A stretch of 64,000 bases of DNA, taken from Calditrichia bacterium (GTDB taxonomy: Bacteria > Calditrichota > Calditrichia > JAJRVZ01). The notes beneath the pieces were generated by a model. The model did not search any database. It was not told the DNA's origin and worked only from the letters and a program-made list of their open reading frames with translations. Position 1 is the stretch's first letter. Every line of letters begins with the position of its first letter. Shown in pieces: positions 21,596 to 32,006 of this stretch. The translations under genes and the position numbers were made by a program. The stretch covers positions 384,001 through 448,000 of the forward strand of contig CAWCNS010000005.1 in assembly GCA_963796965.1 (NCBI GenBank), in the 5' to 3' direction.

Positions 21596-22987
21596 ATGTC
21601 CCAGCTACTAAAAGTAATTTCCCCAATTGACGGAAGCACTTATTATGAATGCGAAATGCACACGCAAAAAGATATTGAGGCAGCACTCCTATCAGCTACA
21701 AATGCTCAGAATGAATGGATAGAACTCCCTATTTCAAAAAGGAAGGAATTTATAAATAAGTTCATTGAAGCATTTGAAAAAAATGAAAAAAGAATCAGTG
21801 AGGAATTAACCCGGCAAATGGGCCGCCCCATCTCCTACTCCCCCTTCGAATCAAAAGGTACCATTGAACGCTCTCGCGGAATGGTTGATATAGCAGAATC
21901 TTCTCTAGTAGATGTACTTGTTGAGGAAAAAGAAGGATTCAACAGATATATTAAACGGGAACCCCTTGGTGTTGTATTTGTCGTACCTGCCTGGAATTAT
22001 CCTTACTTAATAGCCGTAAACAGTATTGTTCCGGCATTATTGGCAGGAAATGCCGTTATATTGCGACATTCAGCTCAAACACCTTTAGTGGCTGAGCGGT
22101 TCGCCGAAGCATTTGAGAAAGCAGGTCTTCCCGAAGGTTTGTTTCAATATTTACACCTGTCACATGGTGATACCGCAAAAGTAATTGAAGATCCACGCGT
22201 CAATTTTGTTGCCTTCACCGGTTCGGTTAAGGGTGGTTATGAAATTCAAAAAGTAGCCGCACAAAGATTTATCGGTGTGGGTTTGGAACTTGGAGGTAAA
22301 GATCCTGCCTATGTCAGGTCCGATGTAGACCTAAATTTTGCAATTGAAAATTTAGTAGATGGTGCTTTTTTTAATTCGGGTCAATCTTGCTGCGGTATCG
22401 AGCGAATTTATGTACATGAATCTGTTTATGATAAATTTATTGAAGGCTATATTGAACTAACAAAAAATTATAAATTAGGTAATCCTCTTGATCCGGATAC
22501 AACGCTAGGACCTGTGGCAAAAAGAAGTGGCGCTGATCTGGTAAGACAGCATATTGACCAGGCTGTTAAATCCGGCGCCCGTTCAACAATTGATGAAGCC
22601 TTATTCCCTGAAGCGAAACCAGACACCAATTACCTCGCCCCTCAGGTGTTATTAGATGTTGATCATAGCATGCATGTTATGTATGATGAGAGTTTTGGAC
22701 CTGTCGTTGGTATTATGAAAGTTAAAAATGATTCGGAAGCCATTGCCTTAATGAATGACAGTCCGTATGGACTTACAGCATCTATCTGGACAGCAGATGA
22801 AGATAAAGCAATTCTGATCGGTGACAAAGTTAATACGGGAACTTGGTTTATGAATCGTTGTGATTATCTTGATCCGCATCTTGCCTGGGTAGGTGTTAAA
22901 GATTCCGGACGGGGTTGTTCTTTATCTAAAGTTGGCTATGAACACCTGACCAGGCCAAAATCATATCATTTAAGAATTAAATACTAG
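21596..22987 (+). CDS. NAD(P)-dependent aldehyde dehydrogenase
   Basis: PAWNYP, FTGS, LELGGKD, FNSGQSCC and ESFGP motifs. Confidence 0.95.
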   Translation: MSQLLKVISPIDGSTYYECEMHTQKDIEAALLSATNAQNEWIELPISKRKEFINKFIEAFEKNEKRISEELTRQMGRPISYSPFESKGTIERSRGMVDIAESSLVDVLVEEKEGFNRYIKREPLGVVFVVPAWNYPYLIAVNSIVPALLAGNAVILRHSAQTPLVAERFAEAFEKAGLPEGLFQYLHLSHGDTAKVIEDPRVNFVAFTGSVKGGYEIQKVAAQRFIGVGLELGGKDPAYVRSDVDLNFAIENLVDGAFFNSGQSCCGIERIYVHESVYDKFIEGYIELTKNYKLGNPLDPDTTLGPVAKRSGADLVRQHIDQAVKSGARSTIDEALFPEAKPDTNYLAPQVLLDVDHSMHVMYDESFGPVVGIMKVKNDSEAIALMNDSPYGLTASIWTADEDKAILIGDKVNTGTWFMNRCDYLDPHLAWVGVKDSGRGCSLSKVGYEHLTRPKSYHLRIKY

Positions 22988-23274
22988 TTTATACAATTGA
23001 CCACACTACTTGGGCTATGGCGTTTTATTTAGAAAAGAATACCGCAGAGATCGCAGAGAAAAATTATAGAATCTTTTAAGATTATAGTTGATATCCATCT
23101 TTGAATTTAAAACAATTGTTTAATATTTATTTCAAGGATTCGAATCCCTAATAAAACGCTGCGATCGTTGCGCTCGTGGCACCGCTGCGTGAAAAAAAAT
23201 CTAGCGTCTTTGCGATTATTAATAGACCAGGATAATTTTCCAGGATTAATCAGTAATTAATATGGAGAAATGCA

Positions 23275-24426
23275 ATGCCATTAAATAGACATACTTATAG
23301 TTTTCCAACCAGGATAGAATATGGACCGGGGGCTTTATCTGATCTACCTAAGATCATAAAAGAAATGGGATATTCAAAAGGGCTACTTGTAACAGATCAG
23401 GGTATTGAAAAAGTTGGATTGGCGGATAAATTACGCAAGCACTTTTCTGATCAAGGTATCGCCATACACAGTTATAGTGATGTCGTATCAAATCCGACTG
23501 AGAAAAATGTTACGGATGGTACAAATGTATTTAAAGAAAATAACTGCGATTGCATCGTAAGTCTTGGCGGTGGTTCTCCAATCGATGTCGGGAAAACAAT
23601 AAAAGTAACGGCAACACATGATGAACCTCTTGAAAAGTTAGATGATACCAAAGGTGGAGATAAATATATTGTTAATAAAATGCCACCATTTTATGCCATA
23701 CCTACTACAGCAGGAACCGGAAGCGAAGTCGGTCGAAGTAGTGTTATTACGGTAGAATCAACCAATAAAAAAACAATAATTTTTTCACCTCAAATGATGC
23801 CAGACATTGCCGTTCTTGATCCGGAAATCACTTTATCACTTCCGACTGAATTAACCGCTGCAACAGGAGTTGATGCTTTTGTTCACAATTTAGAAGCCTA
23901 CATAATGGATACGTTTCATCCCTTTGCCGATGGCTTAGCTAAAGAAGGTATTTATCGCTGTTTTAAATATTTACCGGTCGTCGTTGAAGATGGAAGCAAT
24001 ATTGCTGCCCGGGGTGAGTTGCTCATGGCTTCAGCAATGGGTGCTACCGCCTTTCAGAAAGGATTGGGAATAAATCATTCTATCGCCCATGCATTAAGCG
24101 TCTTTTACGATACCCATCATGGCTTGGCAAACGCAGCGGTACTCGTAGAAGTAATGCGGTATAACATAACTGATAGTAAGGTAAATGATAAACTTGCCGC
24201 ATTAGGATCGTTACTCAATACGGACAATGATGCTTTGGCAGTAATTACAGCGATTGAAAAATGGCTTATTGCAGTTGGGATGCCGACTAAATTAGAAGGA
24301 TTTGGCATAAAGGAAGAAGATATTGACGGTATCGAAGCATATGCAATGAGTGATCCTTGCTGCCCATTAAATCCTAAACCTGTAATGCCGGGAGATGTCA
24401 AACAAATAATTAACAATCTATTGTAA
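23275..24426 (+). CDS. Iron-containing alcohol dehydrogenase
   Basis: GGGSPID, IPTTAGTGSE, DAFVHNLE, HSIAH and HHGLAN motifs. Confidence 0.95.
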   Translation: MPLNRHTYSFPTRIEYGPGALSDLPKIIKEMGYSKGLLVTDQGIEKVGLADKLRKHFSDQGIAIHSYSDVVSNPTEKNVTDGTNVFKENNCDCIVSLGGGSPIDVGKTIKVTATHDEPLEKLDDTKGGDKYIVNKMPPFYAIPTTAGTGSEVGRSSVITVESTNKKTIIFSPQMMPDIAVLDPEITLSLPTELTAATGVDAFVHNLEAYIMDTFHPFADGLAKEGIYRCFKYLPVVVEDGSNIAARGELLMASAMGATAFQKGLGINHSIAHALSVFYDTHHGLANAAVLVEVMRYNITDSKVNDKLAALGSLLNTDNDALAVITAIEKWLIAVGMPTKLEGFGIKEEDIDGIEAYAMSDPCCPLNPKPVMPGDVKQIINNLL

Positions 24427-24472
24427 ACTGATCTATTCATACAGCAGAGATGCTTCAATCAAAAGAATTTAA

Positions 24473-24556
24473 TAACCACCGAAGACACCGAAATACATCG
24501 AATTTTTTAATATAATATTTATTTTTTTCAGTGATATTCGGTGGATTCGGTGGTTA
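24473..24556. repeat. Inverted-repeat mini-element with 9-nt tandem subunits
   Basis: taaccaccgaa-gacaccgaa-atacatcgaa ... ttcagtgata-ttcggtgga-ttcggtggtta around an AT-rich core. Confidence 0.75.
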
Positions 24557-24607
24557 CTATTCTTTGCGAGAAATATATTATTGAGGATATAGAAAAGAAT
24601 TTGTTTT

Positions 24608-25360
24608 ATGATAAAAGCAATCACATTCGATCTTTGGGATACGGTATTTATTGATGACTCCGATGAGCCAAAACGAAAAGCAGCCGGCCGACCAACGAAG
24701 GCCGTTGAGAGAAGAAAATTAGTCAAACAGTTTATTGAAAAACATCAGCAAATTTCAGAGGATGTTGTTAATGCTGCATACGATGCTCAGGATGCTGCAT
24801 TTAGAAAAACATGGCATGATTGTCATATTACCTGGACTGTAAAAGAACGACTAGAAATAGTCCTAAAGGGAATCGGCGCCACTCTACCTGAAAATGAAAT
24901 GGCGGAGCTCATAAGACTTCATGAAGAGATGGAATTAGAATTCCGACCTGATTTTGTACCTGGTGTTCACGAGGTGCTTGAAACATTACATAAAAGATAT
25001 AAACTGGCCGTGATTTCAGATGCCATTTTTAGTCCAGGAAGATCATTACGGGAATTATTAAGGGATGAGGGATTATTAGAATATTTCAGTACATTTATTT
25101 TCTCTGATGAAGTGGGATGTTCAAAACCTGCTAAACGTGTATTTGAAGTGGCAAAAGAGGATCTTGGAGTTGCCTTCAATGAAATAGTCCACATTGGAGA
25201 CAGAGAGCATAATGATATTCTTGGTCCCAAAAAAATGGGTATGCATGCCATTCTCTGTCTTGCTGCCCTCGATCGGGGAAGTGACAAAAACTGTGCTGAT
25301 GCCTATTTCAAAGATTATAACAAATTACCAAACTTAATTAAAAACCTAGTAAATAATTGA
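24608..25360 (+). CDS. HAD-superfamily hydrolase (phosphatase-like)
   Basis: ITFDLWDT motif I, VISD, SKP and HIGDREHND. Confidence 0.9.
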   Translation: MIKAITFDLWDTVFIDDSDEPKRKAAGRPTKAVERRKLVKQFIEKHQQISEDVVNAAYDAQDAAFRKTWHDCHITWTVKERLEIVLKGIGATLPENEMAELIRLHEEMELEFRPDFVPGVHEVLETLHKRYKLAVISDAIFSPGRSLRELLRDEGLLEYFSTFIFSDEVGCSKPAKRVFEVAKEDLGVAFNEIVHIGDREHNDILGPKKMGMHAILCLAALDRGSDKNCADAYFKDYNKLPNLIKNLVNN

Positions 25361-25363
25361 CCT

Positions 25364-26248
25364 ATGAAAAAACTAAATTTTATTATAATAGATGGCTATC
25401 CTAAACCAAGTCGTGACCAATTTGATTCCGTTGGAATGAAAAAGGCCGGCGATCTTTATGCAAGATTATTGCTTCAACATCTTCCAGACGCACATTACGA
25501 TATATTTTATTCAAGTGACCCGGATATAGATCTTCCAAATGCAGAAGAAATCAATAAATACGATGGTGTTCTTTGGCCTGGATGTAATCTTACCATATAC
25601 CACGATCACGATGAAAGAGTTACAAAAATGGTAGATTTTTGCAAAGTTGCTTTTGAAATGGGTGTTCCTCAATTTGGAAGCTGCTGGGCCGCGCAAATTG
25701 CCGTTTACGCGGCCGGGGGAGAAGTAAAACCAAATCCCAAAGGGAGAGAAATAGGTTTAGCCAGAAAAATACACCTTACCCCTGAGGGAGTGAGGCATCC
25801 TATGTATGAAGGGAAGCCTCAGGTGTTCGATGGCTTTATCAGTCATGATGATGAGATCACTAAACTACCGGAGGGTGGAGAATGGCTTGCCTCAAATGAA
25901 TTTACCGGAGTTCAAGCCGTTTCTGTAAAACATAAAAACGGTATATTTTGGGCTACGCAATACCACCCGGAATACGATCTGTTTGAAATGGCACGATTAA
26001 TAGTTGCAAGAGAAGAAAAACTAATTCAACAAAATTATTTCGAAAGTCATGAAATTATGATGAAATATTGTGAAGATCTGGAAGCAATATTTCATGATAA
26101 TTCCCGAAAAGATTTGCGTTGGAAATATGGAATTGACGATGATGTACTTTCAGACGCCATCAGACAAACCGAGTTTGTTAACTGGATATATAAAATTGTA
26201 ATACCCCAATCAGAAAAATCAGGATTGGTGGAAAAGGAAGCCGTTTGA
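25364..26248 (+). CDS. Stand-alone class I glutamine amidotransferase-like protein
   Basis: GSCWAAQ (Cys nucleophile), SHDDEI and QYHPE (His-Glu). Confidence 0.88.
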   Translation: MKKLNFIIIDGYPKPSRDQFDSVGMKKAGDLYARLLLQHLPDAHYDIFYSSDPDIDLPNAEEINKYDGVLWPGCNLTIYHDHDERVTKMVDFCKVAFEMGVPQFGSCWAAQIAVYAAGGEVKPNPKGREIGLARKIHLTPEGVRHPMYEGKPQVFDGFISHDDEITKLPEGGEWLASNEFTGVQAVSVKHKNGIFWATQYHPEYDLFEMARLIVAREEKLIQQNYFESHEIMMKYCEDLEAIFHDNSRKDLRWKYGIDDDVLSDAIRQTEFVNWIYKIVIPQSEKSGLVEKEAV

Positions 26249-27528
26249 TAAAAAAACTTTTGGGCAGCAAAAGTACACTCCGATCATGGCAAATTAAAAT
26301 CTTTAGCGCCACCTGGCTGGCTTATGTTGGATATTATTTTGCCCGCAAGGCCTTTTATGTTGTAAAAAGCCCATTAGCAGATTCATTAGGTTTTACGGTT
26401 CTCGATTTGGCCCATCTTGGTACGGCCTACCTGGTATTTTATATGGTCGGTCAATATACCAGTGCTTATTTCGGTAGAAAACTTGGCCCAAAGTTATTGC
26501 TTCTTGTCGGAATGGGTATATCCCTGTCCTGTAATTTTATTTTTGGCATCTCAAATGGCTTCTGGACCATACTACTCTTTCTTTCCTTAAATGGATTGGC
26601 CCAGGGAACCGGCTGGCCCGGTTGTATTGGTTCACTCGCCTATTGGTTTAAAAGAGATAAAAGAGGTAGCGTTTTAGGTATTTGGTCGACCTGTTATCAA
26701 TTCGGTTCTGTGGCTGCTACATCCTTTGCTGCCTACATGTTGGGTGAATTTGGTTGGAGATGGTCATTCTTCGGCGCCTCAATTGTCCTGCTAATAATCT
26801 GGATTATTGTTTTAATTCTACATCCAAACCGCCCGGAAGATGTGGGACTCGATCCAATTGAAGATTCAGATGAGGATAAATCATCTGATTTGACAGATAG
26901 TACTGACTCTTCAGAATTGGGATGGTCCGCAGATGTTTGGAAGACCGTCATAACCATGGGGTTGATCTATTTTAGTATAAAATTCTTACGCTATGCGCTT
27001 TGGAGTTGGGTGCCGTATTTCCTAAATAAGAATTTTGGTATGGAAGTAAGCAATGCCGGATACCTATCGACCGTATTTGATATGGCAGGATTTGCTGGTG
27101 TTATTTTCGCCGGTTTTGCCTCTGATAAAATTTTTAAAGGCCGAAGATCATTATTATCAGCGATTATGCTCAGTTTAATGGCTTTAGCCTTTATCGTAAT
27201 GTACCTAAAGGGAGCAACAAGTCTTTTATTCTTTACAATCTCCATGGGAGTCGCAGGATTTATGCTATATGGTCCTGACTCATTGATTTCAGGAGTAGGA
27301 GCTATTGATGTAGGTTCAAGAAAAGGTGCTTTAGTCGCGGCCGGGATTATCAATGGAACAGGTTCCATTGGCCCCATATTCCAGGAGGAAATAATCGGCT
27401 GGCTATACACGAGATACAATCAATCGATAACGCCGATTTTATTCTTATTGCTGTCAATGGCAATAGTAAGCGCTGCATTAACGTTTTATCTGTGGTGGAA
27501 ATCTAAACAAGGGAAAGCTAATTTATAG
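26245..27528 (+). CDS. MFS transporter, organophosphate:Pi antiporter (GlpT/UhpT-like) family
   Basis: YVGYYFARKAF, QGTGWPG, WF...RGSVLGIWST and AAGIINGTGSIG motifs; about 12 hydrophobic segments. Confidence 0.85.
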   Translation: MIKKLLGSKSTLRSWQIKIFSATWLAYVGYYFARKAFYVVKSPLADSLGFTVLDLAHLGTAYLVFYMVGQYTSAYFGRKLGPKLLLLVGMGISLSCNFIFGISNGFWTILLFLSLNGLAQGTGWPGCIGSLAYWFKRDKRGSVLGIWSTCYQFGSVAATSFAAYMLGEFGWRWSFFGASIVLLIIWIIVLILHPNRPEDVGLDPIEDSDEDKSSDLTDSTDSSELGWSADVWKTVITMGLIYFSIKFLRYALWSWVPYFLNKNFGMEVSNAGYLSTVFDMAGFAGVIFAGFASDKIFKGRRSLLSAIMLSLMALAFIVMYLKGATSLLFFTISMGVAGFMLYGPDSLISGVGAIDVGSRKGALVAAGIINGTGSIGPIFQEEIIGWLYTRYNQSITPILFLLLSMAIVSAALTFYLWWKSKQGKANL

Positions 27529-27798
27529 AACTGATACCTTTCTAACCCTTATTTTATAAGATATTCATTGATTTTTTCACTATAAAATTTGTATACTGCT
27601 CAGAATCTATTACAAATGGCTTCACTATAGGGTTTTACTGTGATAAATGTCACCAACGGCTAAGGGGATTTTTGGTAAGTTCGTTCCGATTAATAGCAAA
27701 ATCTGGGAATTAACACGCTCTTCTCGCTCATACTTTAAAAAAGATAAAAATCTTTCATTTTTTTGAAGTATAAAATCTGAATCAAAGAAATATTTTTA

Positions 27799-27881
27799 TT
27801 GACATTGAATGAAGTTATCGATATTTTCAAATAACGTAGCAAAAAGCACACAATGTAGCACATATTGTTGTAGAAGCAACA
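27799..27881 (+). promoter_or_regulatory. Sigma70 promoter plus candidate RpiR operator
   Basis: TTGACA-17 nt-TATTTT (27799-27827). Downstream GTAGCA occurs twice, followed by the palindrome TGTTG-tagaag-CAACA. Confidence 0.6.
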
Positions 27882-27995
27882 TTTCGGGTAGAGATTTCCT
27901 TTCCAAAAATATAATATTAATAGTTAATTGTTATTGTACTGACCGCAGCAAGAATAGTTAGGAACCTTTCTATTTTTAACCAGGGATCCATTGGA

Positions 27996-28808
27996 ATGCA
28001 AAGCCCCATTCATCTGATTAATAAGCGCTATAATACCCTGCGAAAATCAGAAAAGCGTGTGGCTGAATTTGTTCAGGATCATTTAGACGAAGTCGTTCTG
28101 CTTCCCCTGCAGGGCCTTGCTAAAAAATGTGGAACAAGTGATGCAACCGTCCTTCGTTTTTGCAGATCGCTGGGATATCTTGGATTTTCTGAATTTAAAG
28201 CTTCATTAGTTCCTGAGCTTCTGCGAAGTGGTCAGCAGGTTTATATGGATATAGCGCAGGATCAAGACCCTGAAAACATCAAAAATATTTTCCTCCGTAA
28301 TATCCATCAGCAGTTGGATTCAACGTTACGAAACTGCGACTATACTATATTGCATGCGGTTGCCAACCGCTTTATTCAGGCAAATAAAATCCTCATTATT
28401 GGTTTGGGTGGCGCCGCCGGTGTTGCACAAATTTTCTGTGATGCTCTTGGAATTCTGGGATTATTTAGCAGTAACGCCCAGGATCGTTCACTCATTCAAA
28501 ACCTGGCCCCCACCCTTTCAAGTGGTGATCTGATATTGGGTATTTCACATTCTGGTGAAACCGAAGAAATCGTCTCTGCAGTAAAAGGAGCGCGTGAGTA
28601 CGGAGCAACCGCCATATGTTTAACAAATTTTTCTCCTTCTTCATTGGCAAGCGTTTCTGAAATTGTACTGTTAACAAGCGTCCCTGACAATCTCTTGGGC
28701 AGTTTTTCCTGTCAGTCACGCATCTTTCAATTAGCCTTATTAGAATTAGTTCTTAATGAAATATCAAAACAATTTGTTGTAAAATCTTCTGGAGAGTACA
28801 CCAAATGA
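27996..28808 (+). CDS. RpiR/MurR-family transcriptional regulator (HTH + SIS)
   Basis: LRKSEKRVAEF, SDATVLRFCRSLGYLGFSEFK and ISHSGET motifs. Confidence 0.93.
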   Translation: MQSPIHLINKRYNTLRKSEKRVAEFVQDHLDEVVLLPLQGLAKKCGTSDATVLRFCRSLGYLGFSEFKASLVPELLRSGQQVYMDIAQDQDPENIKNIFLRNIHQQLDSTLRNCDYTILHAVANRFIQANKILIIGLGGAAGVAQIFCDALGILGLFSSNAQDRSLIQNLAPTLSSGDLILGISHSGETEEIVSAVKGAREYGATAICLTNFSPSSLASVSEIVLLTSVPDNLLGSFSCQSRIFQLALLELVLNEISKQFVVKSSGEYTK

Positions 28809-31684
28809 ATAAACGATCAATTGTATCCTATATTGGCATGTTAACTTTGATTCTTGTTACAGGTATTACCTTTGCCGGCACGACAGGGAAAATTGCCGGG
28901 TTGGTAGTGGATAAAGAATCTGGAGAAGGATTAGCAGGTGTCAATGTTTATTTAGAGGGCACCAGCCTGGGTGCTGCCACAGATTTGGAGGGATATTATC
29001 AAGTAATAAGTATTCCGCCCGGCAGCTATACACTTACTGTTTCAATGATTGGTTACGGTACGGTAAGCGTTGAAAATATAAAAATCCAGGTGGACCGAAC
29101 CACAACTCAAAATATTGAATTAACAACCGAAACTTTGGAAACTGAAACGGTTGTTGTTGTTGCAGACCGTCCTCTGGTAGAAAGAGATCGTACAAACACG
29201 GCAGCCTATGTCAATTCGGAAACGATTGATCTCATGCCTGTACAGGATGTTAAGGAAGTCGTTCAATTACAAGCAGGCGTCATTACCGGGGCGGATGGCC
29301 AGTTACATATCCGGGGTGGTCGCTCCCGGGAAATATCCTATATGGTTGATGGTGTATCTGTCACGAATGGATTTTCCCAGGATGGTGGAAGCAATGTGAG
29401 AATGGAAAACGCCTTTATCGAAGAGCTTCAGGTCATTACAGGGACCTTTAATGCGGAATATGGCTCGGCCCAATCAGGGATTATAAATGTCGTCACAAAA
29501 CGCCCACAATCCGAGTTTAAGGCCCAGGCTGAGGTGTTTGTTGGTGATTACTGGAGTGATAAAACCGACCGATTTATTGGTATTTCTGACTTTGATCCCC
29601 TGGGAGAAAGAGATATTCAGGTAACATTATCCGGCCCGGTCTTATCAGACAAACTCAGTTATTTCATTTCGGCACGTAATTATAAACGGGATGGGTATCT
29701 GTTCGGTGAGCGTCGTTATAATCCTGTGGATGGTTGGACAATCGATGCTTATCGTCATTGGTATACCGAACGATTTGCCGGTCAGGTTACCGAAGAAGGA
29801 CGAATTGAGATACCTGATTCTCTGACCACCGGTGACGGTGCAGCCGTTCCCATGGCAAAAAGTGAACTTTTCTCCATTGTTGGCAAATTAACCTACGCCC
29901 CTCTTCCCAACTTGGGATTCACTTATTCTCTTTTTGCCTCGCAAAGTGAAGGCCAGGGTTACAGTGATAATTGGCGTTATGCACCGGATGGCCGGAACAT
30001 GGGGTATGGAAGTTCGCAGTCCCACTTTCTCGCCTTTCGCCATTCCGTGACAAACAGTATATTCTATAACCTGCGTTTCTCTTATCAATATAACGATAGT
30101 GAATCCTATCTCCGCGATGATTTGGAGATTGCCGATTATCCGGGGGATGACGGCTATCTACCTCTGGGTGCTTCCGATGATCAAACCGGATTCGTTCAAG
30201 GTGACAATGAATGGGGTAGAAGCAAAACCAAGCGAGAATTAATTATGATCAATGGTGATTTTAATTGGCAGATTGATCGCTTCAACTTAGTTAAACTCGG
30301 TTTTGAATTTCGTCAGCATAAGATTAAATATCATAACCAGCCTCTGGTTGAAACAACGCAATGGCAAAGCAATAAATATACAACCGCTATCAGTGGTAAA
30401 GGATTAGAGTTTTATGAATATATGGAGGCAATGAATAATTTCTGGAGAAACTGGTCCACTTTTACAGGCGTTCCGAAATTGCGCGAGGCCAACGAAACAG
30501 ATGGAAGTTATGTCGATTACACCCGTGAACCGATTGAATTTGCGGCCTATGCTCAGGATAAAATAGAATTAGGTGATTTGGTTATAAACGCAGGTCTTCG
30601 TTTGGACTTCTTTGATCCCAATGCTTATACATTAATAAACAAGAGAGAGTCTATCAGATAATCTTGGTGACCAGGAAAACCTTAAAAAGTCGTCTATAAA
30701 AACCCAGCTAAGCCCCCGTCTGGGTGCCTCCTTCCCAATATCTGCCAGCGGCGCCTTCCATGTAGCCTATGGGCACTTCTTTCAAATGCCCAGTTTCCAA
30801 TTACTTTACACCCGTCCTGTAGATGCAAATCTGACTTCCCTGCTGTTAGAGGGTGCCACATTAGGAGATCCCAATTTAAAGCCAGAGCAGACGATCGCTT
30901 ATGAAATCGGACTCCAGCAACAGGTTACCGATGCATTTGCATTAGATCTAACCTTGTTTTACAAAGATATCCGTAACCAATTAGGTGTGGAGGCTGTTCG
31001 TACACCGGATGTGGTCGGATACCAGCGCTATATCAACCGCGACTATGGAAATAGTAAGGGATTTACCCTGGCAAGCCGTATGCGCGCAGGAATGTTTTCG
31101 GGCTCTATCGATTATACGTACCAGAAGGCCAAGGGCAGTGCGTCAGATCCAAACTTTATACAATTGATAGAAGTTGCATCACGGCTTAGCGGAGAATCCG
31201 TTCAATTCCCCGAGCGGCAGATTCTTCCACTGGATTGGGATCAGACCCACACCATAAATTTGATCTTATATCTTGTCGAACCACAGGATTGGGCGGTGAG
31301 TTTGATCGGTCAGTGGGGTAGCGGATTACCTTATTCACCAACCAGTGTTGAACAGTTGGCACTTCCTGACCGTGAATTTAAAAATAGTGACCGTAAGCCC
31401 ACCCGTTACAGTCTTGACCTAAAAGCGAGCAAAGATTTTGCACTTTTCAATCTCGACTTTGTGGTTTTCTTACGGATCTACAATTTATTAGATCACCTTA
31501 ATCAGGAAAGTGTATTTTCTAAACAGGTAATGCGACAGAAAATGCACGTTTGCCTGTAGATGAAGCGGTACAATCTGAATTCCTGGCCCGCGGTGGCCAA
31601 TTTACCATGTCCGAATGGGATAACCGGCCAGGGTGGTTTTCTGAACCCAGACGTATTCAACTGGGATTTGCTATTAGATTGTAG
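28805..31684 (+). CDS. TonB-dependent receptor with N-terminal carboxypeptidase-regulatory-like domain (frameshifts near 30650 and 31520)
   Basis: AGTTGKIAGLVVD, HIRGGRSREISYMVDG, GTFNAEYGSAQSGIINVVTK, LSPRLG, LKPEQTIAYEIG and C-terminal EPRRIQLGFAIRL*. Confidence 0.9.
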
Positions 31685-31733
31685 AATTAAATAGGTAGGA
31701 TTAATAAATGTTTTAATACAACCTGGATAATTA

Positions 31734-31852
31734 TCTCTCGCAAAAAGACGCAGAGACGCAACGAATTAGATACATTATGTGAGTTTAGATTTAATATTAA
31801 ATCTCTTTTTCTTAAAGTTTATAAATAATTATTTCTTTGCGCTTGCGAGAGA
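31734..31852. repeat. Inverted-repeat mini-element; relatives at about 6748-6778, 19706-19804 and 23041-23215
   Basis: tctctcgcaa-aaagacgcagagacgcaa ... ctttgcgc-ttgcgagaga. Confidence 0.7.
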
Positions 31853-32006
31853 AATTTATGCTTTCATAAGGTTAATTTATATTGAGATTTTTCCCTTATA
31901 AAATTGCATTTTATTTGGTTAGTGTAAATTAATTTTTGACAGATTTTTTTAGTCCAATAATAGATGTGAGTTTAATCAATTGAGTCACCAATGGAGGTTT
32001 TAATCC

